Assembly (NCBI RefSeq): GCF_001949145.1
Contig: NW_019091403.1
Location: forward strand, 806,001 to 868,000
Length of the DNA: 62,000 bases
From: Acanthaster planci
Lineage: Eukaryota
Reading direction: 5' to 3'
In this document: in pieces, positions 51,361-62,000 of the stretch
Numbering within the stretch: position 1 is the stretch's first letter
Layout: each line of letters opens with the position of its first letter
Made by a program: the position numbers and the translations under genes
Notes under the pieces: model-generated
What the model was told of the DNA's origin: nothing
Database searches by the model: none
The model's input: the letters and a program-made list of their open reading frames with translations, nothing else

Positions 51361-54300
51361 TCACACAAACCCCACACGTTTCTTGACTTCACTGAAAGTC
51401 TTGTCAGCCACCTCACTAGCCCTCTCAGCTCCCTTCCTCAAGATGCTGTCTATGTACTCTGGATTTCTCCTCAACTCAAATATTTTCTCTCGTATCGGTG
51501 CAAGCTTTGCATTCACAGCCTCGGCTAAGATCAGTTTGTACTCTCCTGTCTCTACTCCCATATTCTGTTCACATATTTCCTCTAGGGATGACTCCTGTAC
51601 GGCGGCATGAATCGCGACAAGATTGGACACCCCCGGTCGGTTGTCGGGGTCAAAGGTCACAGCGCCCGTAAAATCCGTCACAGCTTTCCTGAACTTCTCT
51701 TGAATTTCTTCGTAAGAGTCGGTAAGTTCAATGCGGCCCCTCCGGTCTGGTTCAGACTTGCTCATTTTCACGCTGGGATTTCGTAAACTCTTCACCTTGC
51801 TAATTTCCCCTATGTGTAGAAACAGGAGCATATTTCAGGTATCAGCACGAGGCAAGGGGAGAAGGGAGCAAGGACAGTAAGAGCTGGGGGCACATCACAA
51901 GAACAAAACATAGATATATGCCATCTTGATGGATGTGGTTTGGGGCCAGCTGCTCAGGGGGGGGGAGGTGGCTGTCTGAAACAAGCAATCACTGAATTCT
52001 TCTCCAGAAACTGTTTTACTGTCTGGTGACAATGAGAAGGCTACAGTAAGAAAGAATTCCACTGTCATTTGGCTCAATTTTTAAATAAGAAAGCCTCTTA
52101 GTGTGTAGCCTGTGATATGCTACTACTGAAGGCACATGATTCCAAGAAGTTCAGGAACTCACCAGCGATGGCTTCAGGGATGGAGAAGAAAGAACCAAAG
52201 TTGTTGTTGAATATCCTCGCCAGATCTTGGGCTAGCTCCAGATGGGGGTACTGGTCTTCCCCGACCGGAACGTGAGTCGTTCTAAAATAAAATGAGGCAC
52301 GAAACAATATCAGGAAAACAAAGTGTCTCCTATCCTAAAACTGTTTACGCACGAACCACTACCTTCAGTGCTAATGTTGTTGAAACAGGCGAGTAAGTTT
52401 GGTGGTGAACTTTTTCCTTACTTGTACAGGAGAATATCAGCACTTTGGAGAACCGGATAGGTGTAGAGTCCAACACACTCTTTCTTCTTGTCACCACCAG
52501 ATTTCGACTTTGGGGGCAAAAAGGAACAAAAGATAGTCATTTAGAGAGTGAAAGACTGAAGTGCTTGTCAAAGTGAGTAGTGTTCAATAAGTGCTTAAGA
52601 ATCAGGAAAAACGTTGACAGTCTGCTGAGGGAGTCAGGTTGGCATAGTACTTCTTTCCTCGCCTTCCACCTCTGTGGTCCCGGGTTCGATTCCCGGCCTG
52701 GTCCACATGTGGGTTGGGTTTTCAGTCCCTACCTGATTCCGTGGGTTTTACCCAGAATATTCCTCTGGGGTTTTCCTCCCACCTCTAAAACTGTAACTGC
52801 TTCTCATTGTCTCCACTCTACAGGTTTCTTCAGGCTTGTGAGCTGCAGTGATTGGGGTGCTTTTGAGGAATCCTTGGTGTCATTACCAGAAATGATTAAT
52901 ACTACTAATAATAAAAAAAAAAAAAGGACTTAGGTCAAGATTCAGCTGGTAAGAATGCTTGTCCATCTGGTAAAACGTCCCTTACCTTCCACTGGGGAAA
53001 TTGTCCAAGTCGGGCAAGTGTGGTTTTACAGCCTAAGACCCATGCTAGCTCTGCATGCTGATGTACCTACAGTTGGGGAAAAAAACCCCAAATACATCTG
53101 ATCAAATTATGGTAGATGAAGCTGGAAAATTATTTTAACACAACACTATTGACATGTATTCTTGGCCATGCTTTATCACATTAAACTTTTAGTGAATTAA
53201 AAATCCAGATAATAATGACTTTAAAAGTTTTACTTATTTTCAATTAAGGGATGCGCTTTTAGAGAAAAATTTTAGCAGGATGCACGTACAGATTTCAAAA
53301 CGTTGAATTTAAGAATGCTGGTTTTGTTCTGAACAAATGTAATGTTATATTCACTTGCCCACTTATCTTAAGGAGTTTCATACACGGACATCATTTGACA
53401 CCCCTCATGGCACAATCCCGATGAGACTGGTCTGAAACATTTGAAAGTTTTCCAAGTCAATGTTTCCATATTGTCCCTGTTAAATTTGACTCTTAAGGAC
53501 ACGTTATTGCTTTCTGAGGGCTGATATACGCCACTGTAGAGAATGATGAGTGATGCCCGTCTTACAAACTTTTCCCCATTTATCTCTAACACTCTGACCA
53601 CTAACGCTAGATTGTTGGAATAGAATGCTTCTCTCCGGATCAATACCGCATGCCAAAAGCACAGCCACACAATCTCGGATGCTCTGCCTGAGTACATCAG
53701 GCTCTTGTGGTAGGGTAATGGAGTGCAGGTCGACGATGCTGAATATCAACTTGTTGTCAGGGTCATTCTGCAGTTGGACCCAGTTTTGGAGGGCCCCAAA
53801 GTAGTTGCCCAGATGCGGGATACCAGTCGGCTGGATCGCTGAAAAGATTCTTCTCTTACTCATGTTGACACACTGTTATGTTGAACATAAAGATAAACAG
53901 CATTCCCATAAATAAGCATGCCCCAAAATGCAATGAAAACTAACAGAGGTATACAACTTTAATTTAAAAAAGCTTTTGATCAGGTTTTGGTCAAATTTTG
54001 TCGAGCAAATTTATTTATAAAAAATAAATGTCCTTTGCATTGAATGTGACCTCTTGCAGCAATTGGCCATGTTGGCAGAATGGTATGGGGTTCCACCCCT
54101 AGAACTAGGCCTACCTATCATGTTTAAAAGGTGAACTGTAGAATCCGAGTTACTCGGACTACAGTCGATCCATGTAGATTTTCAAGGGCAACATTTCTAC
54201 GTGCAAAGTAAGTTTCAGCAAAACTTAGGCCCCAGTTTATTCACGCTAGCTTTTTTAGTTGGTTCATTCTACTGTAACCTCCAGGGTTTGTTGGATTCAC

Positions 54301-54732
54301 TTAGGCCTACCTACCTAATACAAGTTCAGCACCACCTAGGTTACAAGTTGCCAAGATTCAACAGGGAAAATCTTTAGCTTTGTAATGTGCTTTTAAAGAA
54401 CTCAGTTGAAATTATTGCGATGTTTTATTGAAGGTTTTGGGCCGATAACCACAATCTGAAAATAGCTTCAAAATGACGTCATCACCATGATCACTGCTTG
54501 ATATGAAGGGATATCGGATACAGGCGTAGTAGTGTGGGTCAGTCCATAGGTCAAAGGGTGAAGTCGCTGCATGCATGGATTGTGTGGTTATAGGTCTCTA
54601 CCGGCTCGTAGCTCAAGACAACGTCCTTATCATTCTAACCTTCATGGAAGCTGTTCCACAATATGCTCTCTTACTTAGCGCACAGAGCATGGACTGGTAT
54701 GACTTGAATCGCCTTAATAATGATCGCCGCAT
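51361..54732 (-). CDS. WARS2: Mitochondrial tryptophan--tRNA ligase, 6 exons, 364 aa
   Basis: Exons 54732-54640 (Arg-rich, acid-free presequence [25 protein letters not shown], missed by the ORF track), 53872-53606, 53066-52986, 52507-52422, 52281-52163, 51809-51361; 1095 nt in frame. Motifs [15 protein letters not shown] (HIGH-like), [26 protein letters not shown] and RPGVSNL. Confidence 0.95.
52628..52925 (+). mobile_element. tRNA-derived SINE with an A-rich tail in WARS2 intron 3
   Basis: A-box-like tggcatagt, B-box GGTTCGATTCC (52683-52693), central catgtgggttggg...ggttttcctcccac (V/Meta-domain-like, inferred), and tail (taa)n-poly(A). Confidence 0.85.
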
Positions 54733-54879
54733 TTTTCCGCATGGCATACACATCAAGAGTTCCAATCTTGAAGTTTGCATTAGCGCCCTCAATAGTTAAA
54801 CGCGATGAGAGTTGATTCCACTTTTTTCCCTGTTATTTATAAATAGCGCCCTCTATGTCAAATATACGTCAATTTTTTG

Positions 54880-55120
54880 GGCCCTTTTCCAAAACTCGAC
54901 TTGGGCTCCGTTTCAGGCTTCGTTCACAAAACCAATCCCCGATTGTGGGCCTGAAGCGTTTAAATTAAATTGGATTACTGTAATTTCTGAATCTCTTGCA
55001 TCTTATTTGATATTTTGTGGCACTATTAGACTAATTACTGCGCTTACAGCTTCAAAGTCAGCTAGTTCAAAAACAGTTGAAGCCTGAGACGGAGCCGAAG
55101 TTGAGTATTGGAAAACGGCC
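54880..55120. mobile_element. PIF/Harbinger-type MITE with a 3-bp target-site duplication
   Basis: ~42-bp terminal inverted repeats starting GGCC (ggcccttttccaaaactcgacttgggctccgtttcaggcttc) and TTG on both flanks (54877-54879, 55121-55123). Confidence 0.88.
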
Positions 55121-56239
55121 TTGTTCTCCATATGCCCTTCGTTTTGTTTTCATCTTTCAATCCCTAAATTTCCCCAGAGCAATTATTGCATCACTTCTGC
55201 CCTTTGAACTGAAAGATTTCTCAACTTAAACCAGTTTATGCACATCTCAGTAAAAGGTCTACAGCAAAAGTCAAAATGACATAAAATGACACAGCACAGT
55301 GAAATGACTCGGCTGTGACACTTTTATTTACATGATAAGACCAATTTCAAATTTTGACATCACGGGGAAAGATTTATGGAATGAACAAACAAGTTTTTCG
55401 AAAACAATGAGTCTGTCTGACTTATTCAACTGCATCTTACAGCAAACAAAGCACACTTGAAATTTTTGTATGATACTTCCTTCTTGGGCAAACTCTAAAT
55501 TTCAAAATAATTTCCAAATATTAGGTAACAGCAAAGGATTGAAAAGAAATGGTATTCTTTGTTTTCCAATGTCATTGAATTGAATCTGAGGTATTTCCTG
55601 GACTGAAGCAGACCCACAATGGCTGAAAAAATCCCTTACAATTAACACTTCTTCCAAACCATTTTCGGTTTCTGAATACATGTATTCCTTTCAGAATAAC
55701 AATGGGGAATGGATCGGGAGGCTGTCTGTTGTGTCCGTCTGTTTCCTGTGCCTCAATACTTCAGTCTGTCTTTGTTTATTATTTCAAGGCATGTCTTTAT
55801 AAACACTAACTGCAAGAGTAAGCCTCCATGTCTGTGCTGGCAACTGCACATGTGAATATATTTCTGTAGATGTTACTTCTTGTAATCATTTAAACTGTCC
55901 TGTGCAGAATAGAAATTAATGAGAGCTAAGCTAACAAAACTGAAGTGAAATAAGAGGAAGTGTCCCAGGAATAAACTGAAGGTAAACTATGCATAGAAAA
56001 GTACATGTATCACGTATTATAATAACAAAGATGACCAAATGTGTCGGTTTCAGGAGACAGCCGAGTTATCCCTGAAATCCAACAAACCCGGATTCATTGC
56101 TTAACAATTCCTATATGCCACAGCCGCTGTATCTTTAAAACATTATGACAGAATGTCATTACATAACGTTGATAGCAACACCAACATCACAGATTCTCCA
56201 CATATATACATATCAATAATTTAACAATCGATATCTGCC

Positions 56240-58570
<2,331 letters not shown>

Positions 58571-58920
58571 GTTCCCTTTCAAAATGTTACTTCTGTCGTT
58601 CAACTGAGCACAGAAAAACTATAATTTATTAGAAAATTTTTTATCGCTTATCAACCTTTACGCGTATTCAATGGCGATATCTTTTCAAGGTGCATCAGCT
58701 GTCTGGAGTCTTGTCCATTTGTACTATCACGGAGTGATAACTATGAAGAGCACCAGACTAAATTTAGGTGACGATCCAGGGAAACCCCTGGGAACGATCA
58801 CACTGTAACCAAAGATTGTATAGCGCGGCGCTAGACAATCTTTGCTGTAACATTCGCTTCCTGTAATTTAGAGTCTTCGGTGTCGAGCCTGGTGCATTTC
58901 GCACCGAAAGATTTGTCAAA
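58571..58920. promoter_or_regulatory. Bidirectional promoter between TRAPPC3 and the CNK-like gene
   Basis: Divergent start codons 350 bp apart; CpG-retaining sequence. Confidence 0.6.
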
Positions 58921-58978
58921 ATGTCGTCTCTAAACATAATCTCTTGGACTCCAGAGGAGATTGCAAACTGGATAAAAG
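58921..58978 (+). CDS. First coding exon of a connector enhancer of KSR (CNK/CNKSR)-like SAM-domain scaffold; the rest of the gene lies beyond the window
   Basis: ATG in caaaATG context, translating MSSLNIISWTPEEIANWIK-G, followed by donor AG|gtaaat. This resembles the CNK N-terminal SAM start (Drosophila-type NIAEWTPDQVTDWIKG, recalled). Only 19 codons are visible and no second exon was found before 62000. Confidence 0.7.
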
Positions 58979-61900
58979 GTAAATCACCATTGCTTAGATG
59001 TTTGGGTAGTCTTCCTGAATTTTTTAAAGTGTTTTTGTCAGGTAAATTGAAGACAAACTGAACTCCGAACGAACTGAGTGCTTGTTCTGATGTTTGGACA
59101 TAGGCTTGGTCATGGTGCCAAAACACCTTGAATGATTGGCATGTACGGGATGGCCGCGGTAGGCGGGGTTCATGGGGGAGGGGGGGTTCATATGTGACAT
59201 CTTTTTAAATTCCTGGCTGAGTTGTGCGATATGTATGCATCATCAACACAGTCATCATGTTGCACAAGCCTTTTCATTTAACAGTATACTGCATGGCTGA
59301 TTTTGCACAACTGTGAAAAGGTAGCCAAGTGGGAAGGGAAAAGGGGCAAGGTTTGCCCATTTTTCCTTCCCATGATGCCTTTCTACTATTGTACCAAATC
59401 ACTCTTGCAGTATGAGCGATAAGGCTTTAATTTAATGTACAGGTAGGGGCCTATTTTTCAAAACTTTTCTCAAATTTGTAAATGTGTTGAATCTTATCGT
59501 ACGTTAGTGTTATAATTGATTTTCTTTTATCATTTTCCTTTTTTTACCTTAATGGCTTTTGCCATGTTAAACAAAGTGTGTATAAGAATTACTGCTGTGA
59601 TCTGGTACACTTCTGCTGTTTACCTCTTGTACTTGTAGGCCCTATGCAAACACTTGCTTCGGAAATGTGCTGTTTATTGTTTCTGAAATATAGTTCCTGT
59701 AGGAGCTTAACAAGAAAGCAAAGTTGCCTTTCTTTGGGCAGAAGTCATGATTTTGTTGATTGTGAGGGGAATTGCTGAGCTGCTGGATTACTTAAGTTCT
59801 AATCTTATTTATTCCCTTTTTTATGTTTTTGTAATTTCGCTGAATTTTTTTTTCTGGCTTAAGCAGCTGGTTGTCAGGTGTAAGCATTATTCCTGCCACA
59901 GTTGATATTTAAAAGGAATTCATACCTGAGAATCCGCTCTCAAAACCTGCTCAACTCCCACAGCAAAGTACTCGAGTTCCTTTACATGCCCAGACTGGAG
60001 GTGTACCGATAAAAAAGTTCAAGTCAACTAAATGGTCATTTGAACTTATATTTTTTTAATAGTTTACAAAAGCAGTGGCTGAGAATTGCAACCATTATTT
60101 AATTTGTATTGTTTTCTTAGCTTACCAGTTGAATATTTTAAAACAGGATAAAAATTCCATGTACCTTTAGGTACTGGTACAGACACCATTTCACACCTTG
60201 TGGACGAATCTTATTAGACTGAAATTCGAAGCGTTTCCTAAGTGAATTCCTTATTTTTTTATAGCTAAATTTGACTTTATAGAACATTTTATTGCTGTCA
60301 GATGGTTAATACATCGTCCATAGATGGAATTAAAAGCAATACTTTTGCCTTTTTTCCTCAACATTATAAAGAAATCCTGAATAGCTTTCTTGTGGTCACA
60401 CTCACATGATTCTGCCGGTATTAGATTATTGGCGAGTCATCTTCTGTTAATGCTTTCAAATGAAAAAGCTGACGTTCTTCTTACCTTGCCATTTATGCAT
60501 ACATCATTTCCTCTGCCCATTGGTCCTACCACACAGTTCCTCAGATTTCCTGACTTTCAGGCAATGACAGGTTGTCCTTGATGCACGGCGATACTGCCAT
60601 CGCCTGAAACAACATTTCTTGCTAGGTGCACTTCCTGCAATTTTGCTGGCATTAACAGGACTAGGACAATTTGGTTTACCTCAATATGAAACTATATACC
60701 GTGTACAGTGTCAGTTTTCTGAGGGCTAATTATGCACGCTTGTCTCATCTAGTATTCTGCAGATGATACCAACTTAATGATTGACCTATTTATATCAAAT
60801 CACGTTGAAGTTATCAGTGCGTCTCAGTACAGGAAATAATTAATGTCAAATTTGGCAAAGACAAACAAACTGGTCTATTTTATGACACACATTTCCATCA
60901 TGAATGTAGAGAAGAATGCTGTCCACAGACTTCCTTGAGACTTGTTCAAAATGAGTTTTGACAACAGAGATAATGCATTTTATGAAGGCACAAATATTTT
61001 GCTGTTGAAATGCAGTTTCATTTTTTAATTTTTGCCCAAATTAAGAATATATATAAAATATATCTCATTACCTTTTCAGTGAATGCATTTTTAGTTCATT
61101 GGTCATGTTAGTTTGTTTGGACAATCGCTGTCAGTCTGGTTGATCAAAATTTTAGTCCATGATTCATATGTTCTCCTTGAAGTGTGTTTGTCTATAACAT
61201 GAATACATGACCTAATAATAAGTCACCAAGCTGTGTGGGATGAAAGTGCAAATGATTTGTGGGGAGCCAGAAAACCACCATGCCATTCATTGCTATTTTT
61301 CCGTTTATTGCCTCAGTGTACGTGGTTTTCCAAAGTTGTATTTATGCTGCATACGTCAGTGCTTTCTGTGAAGTGTTACATTGTATTGCCAGGCATTGAT
61401 TATTAATCATTCAAGGTTTCTTTGTCTGCACTAAAAGCAATACGTTGTACATGTAAACAGCGGACTTGACCTACAAGGGCTTGACCTACCTTGAATCCAC
61501 CATAAACGATGTGCTAGTTTTGTGGGGTTTTGATTGGTGTGGGACTGGAGACGAACACCATTGCTGACTTTATGTGGGGTTGGGTGTTTATAAAGAGTGT
61601 GTTGAATTGTGTTCCCGGTAGGTACAGAGTTAGTGCATTTATATTGAGGGAGTGGGGGTTTACTTCCCTTTACTTCACTTTGAGGACATGCCACTGGATG
61701 ATAGTTGCACAGTGCATGAGAGTTGAAGATTCAGGAAGACTCGAGGCCAAAAAAAAAAGAGGAAAATGGCCAGAAAGTTGAGGTTAACAAATAGCAAAAC
61801 TTCCAGCATTCTGTCACGCAGCGTCACCATTCTCTGTTGTTATTTCCACTTTCATGTTTGTTGGGGGGGGTTTTCAATTGTGAACAACCTTCAACAGTTC

Positions 61901-62000
61901 GCAAGGGCAACTTTTCACAAAGAAATCATGCATGCAGGCTCAGCCCTTGTACAATTGTAGTATGACCTTTCATTGTGCGCCGGAACTAGTGTACATGTAT

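Noticed and set aside
53861..53872. WARS2 lacking a mitochondrial targeting peptide (ORF track starts at MSKRR)
   Set aside because: An upstream exon at 54732-54640 encodes a typical presequence and splices in frame.

Overview
Gene-dense eukaryotic genomic DNA from an invertebrate animal; the species cannot be determined from sequence alone. I reconstructed seven intron-containing genes exon by exon from splice sites and frame continuity: HGD (-, 13 exons, 444 aa), CMSS1 (+, 280 aa), TIPRL (+, 264 aa), a fungal-type Bmt2 rRNA m1A methyltransferase-like gene (+, 267 aa), MAP3K4 (+, 24 exons, about 1724 aa), WARS2 (-, 364 aa) and TRAPPC3 (-, 180 aa). There is also a Harbinger-type Myb/SANT (MSANTD-like) gene (-) with an uncertain 3' end, and the first coding exon of a CNK/CNKSR scaffold gene (+) that runs off the window. 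Three gene pairs are head-to-head. The first ~8.5 kb has no recognisable coding sequence and looks like the regulatory region or 5' end of a gene to the left of the window. Small mobile elements are scattered throughout: tRNA-derived SINEs, hAT, PIF/Harbinger, piggyBac and TA-target MITEs, and a Rex1/L2-type LINE fragment. Most notable: a short palindromic element found in first introns of four genes, a fungal-like Bmt2 in an animal, an intron-split ATG and a one-residue glycine-loop insertion in MAP3K4, a GC-AG intron in CMSS1, a triple-hairpin leader before CNK and a long fold-back in the WARS2 3' UTR. Gene identities come from recalled family motifs, not database searches.
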